IMG/VR virus record: IMGVR_UViG_3300011118_000005
Coordinates: 2,682-66,681 of that record
Length of the DNA stretch: 64,000 bases
Origin: a virus
Strand: one strand, 5' to 3'
The first letter of the stretch is position 1. Each line of letters begins with the position of its first letter. The position numbers and the translations under genes were made by a program. Below the pieces are notes generated by a model. The model made no database searches and was not told the DNA's origin. It saw nothing but the letters and a program-made list of their open reading frames with translations. Below are positions 26,648-37,668 of the stretch, one piece after another.

Positions 26648-27322
26648 TTAATCCTCAAATTGGTAACCAGTCAGTTCTAGATCCTTACCCCACCGATCCT
26701 CAACTAATTTTTGATTCCCAGGACTATAATATTCCCTGTAATCTTGGGATCTATTCGACTTGCCGACATGCTCTAGTTCTGTTACTTCCATTCCTAATTC
26801 GTCTTGGAGAATAGGAATCACAGAACCAATGACTTCAAAAGGAATTGTATAATTGGAATAAGGGACGCCAAAATGGTATAGTTCAGGGTCAAGATATTGG
26901 TGGCCACGGCACATAATTTTATTGAGCCACCTACCAAAATCTTTTTGTGATACAGCGGTCTCCGTGAGTCCCTCTGCCTCGGAATTATATGCTGACGGCA
27001 TAGCTCTAGCATACCATGAAACCAAAACATCAAACATATTACGTTTGACACAGGAGACCATTCCACCATACTCCAAAAACATCTCACACACTTCAACATC
27101 CATGTCATGATGCCCGCCCAGCATCAAAGTGCCACCTTTGTGTAAAGCCTGAGAGACCGCCCTGGAAGCCGTTCGAGGGTGTGCAAGAAAGACAAAACCA
27201 CCTTTGCCATTCTCCCGCAAAAGATCCTCATTTCTCTCTGCCCATCTTTTCCATTGGCTTGGGCCTATCACACCCGGCTTCACCGGTCCTTGAGGCAAAT
27301 GTTTTCCGTAGATATACATCAA
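26648..27322 (-). CDS. sulfotransferase-family-like protein (paralogue of 5149-5688)
   Basis: FLAHPRTASRA, RNMFDVLVSWY, DYREYY...DLELTGYQF. Confidence 0.75.
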   Translation of the reverse strand: MMYIYGKHLPQGPVKPGVIGPSQWKRWAERNEDLLRENGKGGFVFLAHPRTASRAVSQALHKGGTLMLGGHHDMDVEVCEMFLEYGGMVSCVKRNMFDVLVSWYARAMPSAYNSEAEGLTETAVSQKDFGRWLNKIMCRGHQYLDPELYHFGVPYSNYTIPFEVIGSVIPILQDELGMEVTELEHVGKSNRSQDYREYYSPGNQKLVEDRWGKDLELTGYQFED

Positions 27323-27999
27323 AGATCTCCAAACACAGCAGGTAATTTCTCACAGAGCCTGTCATACAGGCTGCCAAAGATTCCACGAATCTCCCATTGC
27401 GCGTGAGGGTTCAAAGCACGCTCTTGAAATATGTGCCGCCACATACGCAAGTTTGCAGTCATGACAATCTCAGTCTTGCTCGCATTTGGCAGAACGAATC
27501 TGGCATCCTCTGGCTTTACTTTACGCAGAATCAATTCTAGGTACTGCCTATAAGCAGTATCCATTGCCCACAACCAAGCCTGTTGCTCCGGAACCATTGT
27601 TATCGAGCATTGGTCTTTATTGCATCGGTACAGATTGGTATAAACATATTCTCCAGGCTCAAAACCTATACTAGGTGGACAAATTACTTTGAAGCTATCC
27701 TTTTTTCCGTAATTGCAATACCGCTGACTCTCCTGGCTGTAAGAGGCCAGACGATGCCTTACGATCTGATGCGAGCAAGCCCTGCTGCACACAATCCGGA
27801 CGCTAATGCTCTCATGCTCCAAGACCGAAACATGGTTGTTTCGACAGATCATACGCACAAACTTGTCGGCAGACTCATCTGTGATTCGTTCCTCACTTTT
27901 GTAACAAGTGCGACCTGCCAATTCCAATCGGCGTGTTATCTCATCGAAGTAAGGACCATCATCGATCCAAGACCATCCAGGCTCTACGATTGTGATCAT
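27319..27999 (-). CDS. thyX: FAD-dependent thymidylate synthase
   Basis: HVSVLEH, RHRLASYSQESQRY, PEDARFVLPN, HAQWEIR. Confidence 0.96.
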   Translation of the reverse strand: MITIVEPGWSWIDDGPYFDEITRRLELAGRTCYKSEERITDESADKFVRMICRNNHVSVLEHESISVRIVCSRACSHQIVRHRLASYSQESQRYCNYGKKDSFKVICPPSIGFEPGEYVYTNLYRCNKDQCSITMVPEQQAWLWAMDTAYRQYLELILRKVKPEDARFVLPNASKTEIVMTANLRMWRHIFQERALNPHAQWEIRGIFGSLYDRLCEKLPAVFGDL

Positions 28000-28604
28000 T
28001 TTCCGGTGCTCCCAAAGCCGCCTTCTCCTCTCGCCGTTGCCTCCAAGTCGGACACTTCGGCTACAGGGAAATTGGCACAAGGTGTGATGATGACCTGAGC
28101 TACACGGTTTCCTTTTTTGATACAATAAAAATTGTTTTCAGTATTGTGGAGCAACACTTTCCATTCTCCACGATAATCGGAATCAATGACTCCACCGAGC
28201 ACAGTGAGGCCATAATCACAGGCCAAGCCGGATCGGTCGGCAATGCGACCATAGTAGCCCTTGGGAATGGCAGCTTTGATATCCAATGGAATCACGCCTA
28301 CTTCTCCGGATCGGATATATACCTCCTCAGCAGCATACAAGTCATATCCTGCTGCTTCACCACTTCCCTTGGTTGGCAGGGTTCCGTTGCAGCCGACTTC
28401 GACTGAAAATAGCGGAATTGATTCGAGCAAATTAGGATGGACTTCTCCAACAGTCTCGGTCCACTTTCTCACGAGTTCTTCACGGTCATGTTTCTTCGAC
28501 AATTCTTCCTCTTCATACTCCTTCAACAATCCTTTTGTATTCTTTCGTAGCTCACGACGTAACTCTCTGGCGATTTGTACTCCAATTGTTTCTTTAGTCT
28601 CCAC
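27996..28604 (-). CDS. dut: trimeric dUTPase with N-terminal extension
   Basis: AAGYDL, RSGL, GVIDSDYRGE, RVAQ, RGEGGFGSTG. Confidence 0.96.
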   Translation of the reverse strand: METKETIGVQIARELRRELRKNTKGLLKEYEEEELSKKHDREELVRKWTETVGEVHPNLLESIPLFSVEVGCNGTLPTKGSGEAAGYDLYAAEEVYIRSGEVGVIPLDIKAAIPKGYYGRIADRSGLACDYGLTVLGGVIDSDYRGEWKVLLHNTENNFYCIKKGNRVAQVIITPCANFPVAEVSDLEATARGEGGFGSTGK

Positions 28605-30243
28605 AAGATCCTCCCTTAGTTATGTCGCACACATCTGTGGTCTGTTCGACCATTTCGGTGCCGGTTGCTTTGACAGCTTCATCGTAGGACACAGGAGTCA
28701 GAGGCTGCCCGTCTCTGGCCCCGTCAGGGTAACATGTGATTCCACGGAGCCCAGGAAGATACTTAATCAGCATATCCCCGAAGGCCCGTACTGTACCATC
28801 ATTATTGTGTTCAGATCCCCAGTGTGGTAGATTAACAGTTGAACTGATTCCATGGTCCACCACTTGCTGAATCCAATGCTGGAAGTTCACTCGTCGTTCC
28901 ACATCCGCAGACAAATCAAAGGCATCCTCGATAGCATCTGGCCTCACCCCATTATCAATCAATCGCTTGGCAGTTGGATCTATCACATACTGGTAATGCC
29001 AAGTTGTGTGCTTCAAATATCGTCTCTTATAAGCCACACAAAAGACAGGCTCAATGCCGCCAGTTGTCTCCGCTATAATAGAAATAGTGCCAGTTGGTGC
29101 AATAGCTCTGGTCTTTTTTGGGCGTGAGATTTCATATTCATCGGCCAACCGATGAGCAATTTTAGTGGCCTTCTTATATTCTTTGAGCCACTGCCATAAT
29201 TCATCATCTGGCGCATAAGGCTTGCCTCGCTTCAGCAGCCACTCGTGTACTCCCATTAGGCCCAAACCGAGGCGACGATTCTTAGTTCTAATTTTGTCTA
29301 CCTGAGAGTAAGGCACGTCGGAGTACATGGTGCCAGCCAACAGGTAATTTACCCCTAGCTCAACCAGATCCTTGAACTCCTCAAGAGTATCGATACGTGC
29401 CAGATTCAGGGAACCTAGATTGCAAATATCGTCTTCATGCGACGAAGTGACTTCGGTACAGGCGTTCCGATAAACCTCATTAGATTCTCTGCCACAGTTG
29501 ACAGAGAACCCAGGTTCCCCGGTTACCACCATCTGTTTGATGGTATCCCAGTACACAATATTAGCTAAAGAATATTGTGGATGCTTTTCGTCAGCATACG
29601 CCGAAAAGAAATCATCATTTAATCCTGTCGATATATTTGTGTAATCCAGTGTGGCTGGAAAATTGAAATCCTCTTTCTTTAGCGCCCTAACGGCATCAGA
29701 CCAATCCTTGATATGTATGAACTTATGTATATCAGGGTGATTCCACCTGAGACCAGCCCAAATAGCTGAGCGGCGACTGCCGCCTTGCATAATCCCTCTG
29801 CCGCACTCATTAAGCATTTGCATCAAGGCAATGGGTCCGGTAGCCTTACCGCCTGTTTTGCGGATAATAGAACCTTCTGCGCGGATATCACTATACTCCA
29901 CGCCAATTCCCGCACCCGTCATTAAAGCCATAGAACTTTTTTGGAGGAGATCTGACCACCCCTCCCTGGAGTCGTGCGCGCCCAGGAGAAGGCAATTCTG
30001 TACCTGATGATACTGGCGTCCGCTTGCATACAGGTAACGTCCTCCAGGAAGGAATTTCTTCTGCGAGATAGCTCGGCAGGTATCCTGCGCTATCTTGTTC
30101 CTCATTGTAATACCGATGGCTCTTAACGGGTGTTTGGTAGCTCTGTAGGCGATGTTCTCCCACGTCTCTTTTTCTCCTTCTTCAAGTTTATGTGCATACT
30201 TGTGTTGCATTATCTTCAATGCAAACTCTGACATTTCACACAT
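28594..30243 (-). CDS. nrdJ: compact ribonucleotide reductase, likely class II (B12-dependent)
   Basis: PGGR, QNC, GEPG, NACTE, ICNLGSLNL, APTGTIS; no small-subunit gene nearby. Confidence 0.88.
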   Translation of the reverse strand: MCEMSEFALKIMQHKYAHKLEEGEKETWENIAYRATKHPLRAIGITMRNKIAQDTCRAISQKKFLPGGRYLYASGRQYHQVQNCLLLGAHDSREGWSDLLQKSSMALMTGAGIGVEYSDIRAEGSIIRKTGGKATGPIALMQMLNECGRGIMQGGSRRSAIWAGLRWNHPDIHKFIHIKDWSDAVRALKKEDFNFPATLDYTNISTGLNDDFFSAYADEKHPQYSLANIVYWDTIKQMVVTGEPGFSVNCGRESNEVYRNACTEVTSSHEDDICNLGSLNLARIDTLEEFKDLVELGVNYLLAGTMYSDVPYSQVDKIRTKNRRLGLGLMGVHEWLLKRGKPYAPDDELWQWLKEYKKATKIAHRLADEYEISRPKKTRAIAPTGTISIIAETTGGIEPVFCVAYKRRYLKHTTWHYQYVIDPTAKRLIDNGVRPDAIEDAFDLSADVERRVNFQHWIQQVVDHGISSTVNLPHWGSEHNNDGTVRAFGDMLIKYLPGLRGITCYPDGARDGQPLTPVSYDEAVKATGTEMVEQTTDVCDITKGGSCGD

Positions 30244-30695
30244 TTATTTATTCCTTATCCTAATATGATGAACCATGAGGATGGCACAAGAAAGGAAGGA
30301 CTCATCTTTGTCCTGCCATTTATTGTCTCTCCACCATAGACTAGGCTCTGTTTCAATGATGAGAGTGCGTACCCACTCTTTTCGGTTTCCTCCCTTTGGC
30401 CTCAGTGAGACAGTAATTAACCATCGAGGAGGGTCATAGTCATAATCGCGAAGTGGCATTTCAACCTCCAAAGAAAACAGACCAAGCCCAACAATAGGCA
30501 GAATACCATGCGGCTAGGAATATGAATACGATAGACACATAAAAAGTCAACGTAAGAAAGAAGCACGTAATGCTTATCCACTCTTTCATCTCTTTCAATA
30601 GTTCCTTTATCATCAGTTCCCCTATATATCCATGAACAATACAAAGCACACGACAACAACCAACGCGACCACTACTAATATTGAAAACGCCATTA

Positions 30696-31784
30696 TCAGT
30701 TACTCTTTCTGTTATATCGAGCGTCTTTAGGAATCCCTGAGTCACTCAATTCCCGATATGTAAACGTCACACAATCTCCTAGCTTGAACAATTTACCCTC
30801 GACGCCCTCCGGCATAATCTGCCCTGGATTCTTAGCAGCATGGTCCGATGCCATGACACTACTAAACTCTCTTTCATCGTTAGTGAGCCCAGCCAATTCG
30901 AGCCTCTTGCCCTTATAGTTCAGCACTAAGGCACCGATCATGCCTAGCAACTTGCTCCCCTTATCTGTCTCAGCACCAGAAGTGAATCCCACAATAATAC
31001 CCTCATCATCCAGGGCTCCTTTGACCTTGAGCCCGGAATAATTTCTCTGGGGCTCCCACTTGCTGCTCGGATCTCGAAGAAATAATCCCTCCCCGCCTTC
31101 GAGGATGACTTTCTCTTTGCGTCCCAATATCACAGCCAAGGCATCATCATTATCCTCTGGAAGTTTTGTCTGGTGGATTAGAAATGTCGTCTCATTGAAG
31201 TTGTCAACCCATTCGTTTAAGTTGGCCAACTCCACGGCAAACGTGGGACCCCCAGTCAGCGTGAACCAATCTTCCTTTTGCCCTATATCCAAATCGTCCA
31301 GCCATTGCACAACGCCACGAACATCTGTCAATTGTTGACTATTCTTTATTTCGCCATCTTGCGCAAACGACTTGAAGTCTGGCGTGCCAAAAATCCCATA
31401 GCGGATATTTTCCCATTCGGAATCTACTGGCACCTTCTTCTTAATGATGCTCATAACCTTCTGAAAATTGCCGCGACCGGCCCAGAGTTCTCCATCTAGA
31501 GGAGTACATGGAAGAGTATTCAGGAACCAATCTGGAGCCATAATAGGATTACCGTAGCGGCTCCAGAGGCCGGTTGCAACTGGTTTAATTCGCTTCTTAG
31601 GCTGACCATTCTTTGGATTCAGGAGTCCAGCCCAAGGCACTTTGTGGGTCAAAAGTTCGCGAGTCAACCCACCATCCCAAAAGCACCTGCCACCATCTAG
31701 CTTTTCACTCATATACCAGCCACTTATTTGATGCTTCTCAGGATCAAATTTTTGGCTCAACATTAGCAATGTTCTTCGGGCCAT
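30696..31784 (-). CDS. ATP-dependent DNA ligase
   Basis: SEKLDGGR, LDGELW, GEGLFLR, LKVK, C-terminal OB fold. Confidence 0.93.
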   Translation of the reverse strand: MARRTLLMLSQKFDPEKHQISGWYMSEKLDGGRCFWDGGLTRELLTHKVPWAGLLNPKNGQPKKRIKPVATGLWSRYGNPIMAPDWFLNTLPCTPLDGELWAGRGNFQKVMSIIKKKVPVDSEWENIRYGIFGTPDFKSFAQDGEIKNSQQLTDVRGVVQWLDDLDIGQKEDWFTLTGGPTFAVELANLNEWVDNFNETTFLIHQTKLPEDNDDALAVILGRKEKVILEGGEGLFLRDPSSKWEPQRNYSGLKVKGALDDEGIIVGFTSGAETDKGSKLLGMIGALVLNYKGKRLELAGLTNDEREFSSVMASDHAAKNPGQIMPEGVEGKLFKLGDCVTFTYRELSDSGIPKDARYNRKSN

Positions 31785-32271
31785 TTAATTTTCCTTTTTC
31801 TTGGTAATGAAGAGTCTCGGTGCGTGCTTGCGTATTTTTGTCCTAGTGAGTATTTTCTCCAACTCATCAATGTACTTATTTTGACAGGAGATGATGTGCA
31901 TATCGTGGGAGACCATTTTCTGTAGCTCACCAGACCACTCCTGCTCCAGCCGCAAATGTGACGCAGAGATCGTCCATGAGGCAATCAGAAACAATGAAAA
32001 AATACATTGTATGACAACCCAGAATCCAAGCGTGTCAAAACTCTTATCAAATCTCATTTTTCAATCCTCATTGCAGGGGTTGGCAAGTGATTTTCCTCGA
32101 TGTACTCCTCTAGGTATTCAATGTGGCTTTCAAGTTTCTCGATCTTAGCAGACACCTCAACGTAGCCAGAAAACATCATAGCAGCGCCAACGATAATCAT
32201 AAATAAGGCAAACAGAAAGACTGGAAAAGCATCACAAAAGATTCTGTGTAAAAAATTAGGAACGATGATTT

Positions 32272-32952
32272 TCATATTTCACCCAATATTTTTGAGACAT
32301 TGTTGATGGCTTGAATCTCTTCTTCGGTCAAATCTTCTTCCTCCAGTCCGTGGTCGTTAGACATACACATGAGTATGACTGATCTAAAACTCTCCCTATC
32401 CTGGCGACTAAGAGATTCGAGATCATCTAGCATATCGACCCAATCTAGCTCATCGTCTATTCTGCCCATATCAAGATCTTCCCTAATGTTCTGCGCATAA
32501 TTGTATTCAACTTCGCAGCCGCTGTCTGCCAGTCTATAATTGGTTGATCGGCTGGCCGAGAACATCGCCCGAGAATCATTCAGCATCTTTTCTATCTCAG
32601 AGCGGATTGCCCACCAAAGCGCTCCTTGAAAACTGGAAATCTCTGTGTCAATTTTCAATCTATTTACAACTTTGAGTGTAGCTACAAATCCTTCAGAGAC
32701 CATATCTTCCTCAAACCTTTGAGTCTCAGGCCAGTTGGCCAGAAACCTGCCTACCAGTATACTCACAAAGTGCGAATAGCCCAAGACGATTTTGTCTTTG
32801 CCTTCTTGTCTGATCTCCTCGGTCCCTCCATAAAGCATCTTTTTTCTAGCGGCATCAAAATCTTCATTGGAAATACTTTTGCATCCGTTTAACAGCGGGT
32901 GGTCTACTTTGACGCATTTTTTCTGTATGTCTGATAGTCTTATTATTTTCAT
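32272..32952 (-). CDS. possible sigma-factor region-2-like regulator
   Basis: FEEDMVSEGFVATLKVV...FQGALWWAIRSEI resembles sigma 2.2-2.4; start inferred from ATGA overlap. Confidence 0.5.
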   Translation of the reverse strand: MKIIRLSDIQKKCVKVDHPLLNGCKSISNEDFDAARKKMLYGGTEEIRQEGKDKIVLGYSHFVSILVGRFLANWPETQRFEEDMVSEGFVATLKVVNRLKIDTEISSFQGALWWAIRSEIEKMLNDSRAMFSASRSTNYRLADSGCEVEYNYAQNIREDLDMGRIDDELDWVDMLDDLESLSRQDRESFRSVILMCMSNDHGLEEEDLTEEEIQAINNVSKILGEI

Positions 32953-33437
32953 ATTTGGTGCATTTTCAGAAACTTTTTTATCACAAAATTGGGCGCAGGC
33001 ACTAGACCTACCAAAGATCCCTCTGAGTTTCTGTGTAGCAATTCGTAGCTTCGTCCTGTACTTGGGTCGTGCGCCTTTCGGTTTAACCATGATATTGCGT
33101 GTGGGATTCCGTTTTGGTTTTTGCCTATCAATACACCATCCGCATCCATCAAATGACAAGCAAATCTGATATCAAGATTACGATAATACCGTTCAAAAGT
33201 TATGAGTGTCTGTTTATCAGTAATAGGATTCAAAGATGCCGGGTATAAATGAATCTCTGTGAAGGCATATTCTTCAGAAAAATATTCAATCAATTCTTGC
33301 GTATTAAATCCACGCTCGCTTCCATCATGCCCAAGCCATTCAATGGCCGATGCAGGATTAGTTTGTGTGGCATGACAAAAGGCATCAAGGACACAAGACT
33401 TCTCATTAAGTTTCGATATTGGTACAATTGTCTCCAT
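32949..33437 (-). CDS. hypothetical protein, possible Cys-His fold
   Basis: SCVLDAF...PHAISW...HDP. Confidence 0.5.
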   Translation of the reverse strand: METIVPISKLNEKSCVLDAFCHATQTNPASAIEWLGHDGSERGFNTQELIEYFSEEYAFTEIHLYPASLNPITDKQTLITFERYYRNLDIRFACHLMDADGVLIGKNQNGIPHAISWLNRKAHDPSTGRSYELLHRNSEGSLVGLVPAPNFVIKKFLKMHQI

Positions 33438-33443
33438 GCTGCT

Positions 33444-33472
33444 ATTATACCCCTCCAGAGGTAGAAAGTCAA
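33444..33472 (-). promoter_or_regulatory. sigma70-type promoter, leaderless geometry
   Basis: TTGACT-17bp-TATAAT-6nt-ATG. Confidence 0.65.
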
Positions 33473-33867
33473 GTATTTTCTTCTAAAATTTCCTGAATAA
33501 TTTCCTCCGGGTCATCCAGGTATCGGTCGTATCTGGGTTTCCAGTAATCCCTGAAATTAGGAGGCTTAAATAGTTTAGCATACCACTCTTCAGAGGGGTA
33601 CATCATGATCCACACTCCAAGGCCCCTGGCTTCCCATTTAGGCCACTTCTGACACTGTCGCTTGGTGTACTCATGTTTACCTTCTACCTTTACATCGATC
33701 CATCGGTGCATATCCAAGCCCTCATTCCAACAGTAGAGGTCAGGGATGCCGTGCTGAAAAGCATTTCCGTGCATCTTCTCTACCATCCAACCGCGCTGCT
33801 CAAGGAAAGTTATAATCTTGTCCTGGAGCAAATCCTCTGGTCGGCTGCGGAATCTAGGCTTCCTCAT
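33469..33867 (-). CDS. VRR-NUC/Holliday-junction resolvase-like nuclease
   Basis: PEDLLQDKI, GIPDL, WIDVK. Confidence 0.8.
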   Translation of the reverse strand: MRKPRFRSRPEDLLQDKIITFLEQRGWMVEKMHGNAFQHGIPDLYCWNEGLDMHRWIDVKVEGKHEYTKRQCQKWPKWEARGLGVWIMMYPSEEWYAKLFKPPNFRDYWKPRYDRYLDDPEEIIQEILEENT

Positions 33868-34334
33868 GATGCGTCAATAATCTCAAGTATTGGCTCCACT
33901 TTAACATCAGTCATGTTTCTCACATAGATATCCGAAAGGATAATACCTTCAATATATTTCGCCATACTGCGTGCATGTTGCTCAGAAGACACATCTTCTG
34001 CGTGGCCAAATCCTTTCACAGTTACTTGCAAGTACACTGTCTCAATCATAATTTATCTGTCGTTTCTCTTGCGCGTTGGAAAATAGAACTGCCAACCATC
34101 TCACCTCCATCATACTCAAATTCCACAATCGGCCCAGCTTCCCAAATATATTCACCAGTTTCACAAATGAATTTGACCATCAGATAGTCATTCATTTTAG
34201 GCTGTCTCCTTGCCTTGCCACCGGATGGTACTGCGAACCAAATATCCGCTATGTCTTTCCGTTTTTCGGGAAACCATTCTGGTTCATGTATGTTGAGACC
34301 TTCGATAGTAAGTGTGCGAAATGTCGCACCACTT

Positions 34335-34604
34335 TCAGAGATTACTGCAATTTTGATTTTCATAATTTATCTCTTTACAAGATGAGAACAACATCTCATC
34401 TTCTAGAAGTTTCAGAGCTTCCTTAGCCCATTCTTCAGGAATAAATGGCCCATTTGGATCAATAGGCGTAAGCGGTCTACTTTTTATTACCAAAGGAAGT
34501 GCGTCCGGTTTCGGCATCCCAGGCATCAAAACAAACCCAGCAGTGGCCGCAAGACCACCGCTGAGCCATTTCATAAAATCACGCCTGTTACCCTGCGGTA
34601 GCAT
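34335..34604 (-). CDS. small protein with twin-arginine-like signal
   Basis: NRRDFMKWLSGGLAATAG. Confidence 0.55.
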   Translation of the reverse strand: MLPQGNRRDFMKWLSGGLAATAGFVLMPGMPKPDALPLVIKSRPLTPIDPNGPFIPEEWAKEALKLLEDEMLFSSCKEINYENQNCSNL

Positions 34605-35055
34605 AGTTCTCCTCATAGATTCTATGGGCCTTGCCGTCCATGTCAACTCCCAAAAGATCCAGCAGTCTCTCGCGCTTGTGCGCGTTCCACCCTACGATCC
34701 CAGACTGGCAGCATAGTGCTCTTAGTTGCGGCGTGGTAAGACTGACTACCCATGTCTGAAACTCATCGTTGCATGTTACTGTTCGGCTCATTGTATCTCC
34801 AAATTAAGTCTTGCATGGCTTCTACAAGAGTCATGCTTAAATGAACTGCTAAGTAAAATTTCCTTTCTTCACTACTACCTTGAGTCGGTCGAATACAAAT
34901 TTCCTCTATGCGGTACTCATGGACCGTTAGAACTGCCGGTCTCCTGCCACATGGCGAAGGGTCAGTTAGCCTCAGAATCGGACAGTGAGTGGTATTCATT
35001 ATCCTTCCGTCAAGAGACTCCGGTCCACCAACCACCAAAACATTGATATTATTCA

Positions 35056-37479
35056 TCACATACTCCATCCGATAATGCGGCCATTTTCTCCGTCGCCTTT
35101 TTCGGCCCAAGATTTGTTTCCAGTGAACCACTCGATAGATGTTAATGGCACATACTTAACCTGCTCAGCCACTTTGTCCTCAATCCGCTGTTCGATCTCT
35201 TTAACAATTTCAGCCGCGCTGACCGCAGCAATTTCATCATGCACGCTCATGAGAGTCAATTTATAATCATGGATGCCTTGCGGCTGGGTTTCCCATATTG
35301 CGGCCTGAGTGCCAATGGTGAGTTCGCGACCGGTACTCTGAATAACATGATTATTGGCCGCGCGGATAATCTTATTCTGGATCGAGAAGCACGCACCATA
35401 CAAAGCCGAGGAAATTGCGCCGACAATAGTCTGTACCCTATTCCGGTCTTTCCTATCCCGCTGTACCTTTAGTGTCAACTTCTGCCATTTCGGCGGAAGA
35501 TTTTTGACTGTGTCCCAAACCATTCGTTGAATCTTATACTCTGTCTCAAAGTATCGACGGAAACCATAAATAGATTCTATATATTTATCCTTTACTTCGT
35601 GGTATGTCATGGAACTATCTGCGCCTTGCTTGATCGAAGAAAACCTATCAGTAATTCCTTTCTTGGTCGCAGCCATTTGGGGGTATTTTCTAAGGATTTT
35701 ATTAAAAGCCTTTCTGGCTATTTCCTCATCCACATTACAGTTGCGGGCCAATGTCCCAAATGTGCCACCATACAAAGTCAGAAATACGGCAGACTTACCT
35801 TTACCGTATCTTTCGTCCCCTTCCTCAGAGTGGTAAGTCTCCATGATTTCTTCGTATGTTGACTCATATAGTTCGGCGGCAAACTCCGCATGAAAGGATC
35901 TACCAGACTTCAAAGAATCCATTAGATCCTTATCATTCATAACAGTGGCCGCAATAGCAACCTCCTGACTTGAATAATCGCCAGCCGATAATATCAACCC
36001 TGGATCTGCGAGTACAAACAAGGATCGGACTGCTGGAGAATGATCGATTCCGTGGAAATTAAGTCCTCCTGCGCCGGACATTCTTCCGCTCTTTGCTCCA
36101 ATGACGTTGAAGTCTGGATATGCCCTGCGGGCAAGAAGCAATTTATTGAAAAGCTCGACTCGCTTGGTATGCCGTCGAATCTTTTCGATATGCTCCAGCC
36201 GTCCAACAACAGGCATTGCTCCTGGACCGCAATAGCCAAGGCCGTTGCATCTTTGGCAATCTCCACCATTCTCTCCTTGAACTCCTCCATCCCCCGTCTC
36301 TCCTCTACCTTCTTCTTCATCTCGACAAAAACATTCTTCTCGTTCATCTAAAACAAACTCCTTTTTAAGTATATCTATTACTTTCTGGTCACAACCGCCA
36401 GCCAGTAGAAGCTGTTCTTCAGGATCTAACGCTGCTGACACGAATCCTAGCACTTGCTTGGGTGAATTTACATTCAATTTTGCACCGCCTACTATCTTCA
36501 GTGATTCTTCCGACAACTTCTTTGTCCCTGCTAGATCGACAGCGAATCCACGAAGACGAACAGACGCTACCTGACAGGCCAACAGGGAATCACGATCCTC
36601 GACCGGTGCGTCGAAGTATGTATACAGCTTGCTGAGCATCACAATGTCATCTTCGGCATACTCTTGGGCTTTAGTATTTCTCGCCCAGTGTTCAATATGA
36701 CTTTTCAATAACGCTGGCCAAGTAGGCTTATCTTCATAGAGCCAATCTCTCTCAGCGTTAGTCAATAGCTTGACAAATGGTGCATATCCTAGTTCGGCTG
36801 GTGCAGTGGCGTGAGCAATATCTTCAAATTTGTGTTCGACATTATGGTCGCATAGAAATGCCGCCAGATGCTTCAAAGAATTGCTAGGAGTAAATGATAG
36901 TTTGAGATCTTGGAATCCAAGATCAAGTTCTCCTGTTTCTGTATGACAGTCAGATATAGACCACCTTGGACCATTTGGCTTACTTCTCTTGGCGAACAAA
37001 ATCCACGGCAGGGCTTGGGCTTTCTCCTCCAGCATACATCGCAACGGCTCTGCTAGGCCAATGGGAACCCTGCGAATCCAGATAGGCTTGGCATCCATCA
37101 GGCTGGATTGGTATTTTCCCTGTTGCGCCAGAATCATGGTATCCACGCAGGCCCTTGGCTTGAGGCACTTGCCTAACCGAGAAGTGTACTCCATCTCTGC
37201 CCAGTAATCCATGTTGAAGTCCGTAGGACGAAACAGCCTGCCTGCTGCGTCTTGTTGGTTAAACATATTGTAAATCTTGGACAGATGGAACCAGTCGAAC
37301 CGCGCATTGTGAAACACCACCAACCCATCGACGAACATCTCAATCAAGTCTAAGGTGGACTGAATTGGCTCTAGCCAAATGTGATGGAGGTGTACGGGTC
37401 CGCCGTGCTCGGCCCATTGAATAGTGACCGGGACTCCATGGAAACCGCAAGTCTCTGTATCAATCAGATGTGTCTTCAT
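35056..37479 (-). CDS. polA: family A DNA polymerase with 3'-5' exonuclease domain
   Basis: DTET, HNARFD, YAEDD; SGRMS, DYSSQE (motif A), KSAVFLTLYG (motif B), VHDE (motif C). Confidence 0.93.
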   Translation of the reverse strand: MKTHLIDTETCGFHGVPVTIQWAEHGGPVHLHHIWLEPIQSTLDLIEMFVDGLVVFHNARFDWFHLSKIYNMFNQQDAAGRLFRPTDFNMDYWAEMEYTSRLGKCLKPRACVDTMILAQQGKYQSSLMDAKPIWIRRVPIGLAEPLRCMLEEKAQALPWILFAKRSKPNGPRWSISDCHTETGELDLGFQDLKLSFTPSNSLKHLAAFLCDHNVEHKFEDIAHATAPAELGYAPFVKLLTNAERDWLYEDKPTWPALLKSHIEHWARNTKAQEYAEDDIVMLSKLYTYFDAPVEDRDSLLACQVASVRLRGFAVDLAGTKKLSEESLKIVGGAKLNVNSPKQVLGFVSAALDPEEQLLLAGGCDQKVIDILKKEFVLDEREECFCRDEEEGRGETGDGGVQGENGGDCQRCNGLGYCGPGAMPVVGRLEHIEKIRRHTKRVELFNKLLLARRAYPDFNVIGAKSGRMSGAGGLNFHGIDHSPAVRSLFVLADPGLILSAGDYSSQEVAIAATVMNDKDLMDSLKSGRSFHAEFAAELYESTYEEIMETYHSEEGDERYGKGKSAVFLTLYGGTFGTLARNCNVDEEIARKAFNKILRKYPQMAATKKGITDRFSSIKQGADSSMTYHEVKDKYIESIYGFRRYFETEYKIQRMVWDTVKNLPPKWQKLTLKVQRDRKDRNRVQTIVGAISSALYGACFSIQNKIIRAANNHVIQSTGRELTIGTQAAIWETQPQGIHDYKLTLMSVHDEIAAVSAAEIVKEIEQRIEDKVAEQVKYVPLTSIEWFTGNKSWAEKGDGENGRIIGWSM

Positions 37480-37668
37480 TTCGCAGATCAAACGCTCTAG
37501 CTTGTTCGGCTTGTTCTTCAGAGATATATATGCCGCCTAGTCGGCAGCCCATATATCCATACTTATCTACTTTGTCAAACAGGGCTTTATTGCCGCTTAT
37601 CTTAACGACATTCCTTTTCTCAATTGTGCCTCCCACTACATCATTGGCCGGATATACATATACTAATA

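Noticed and set aside
28594-37479. Inteins or self-splicing introns in RNR, ligase or PolA
   Set aside because: The ORFs are continuous and compact; the PolA insert is short and lacks intein terminal motifs.
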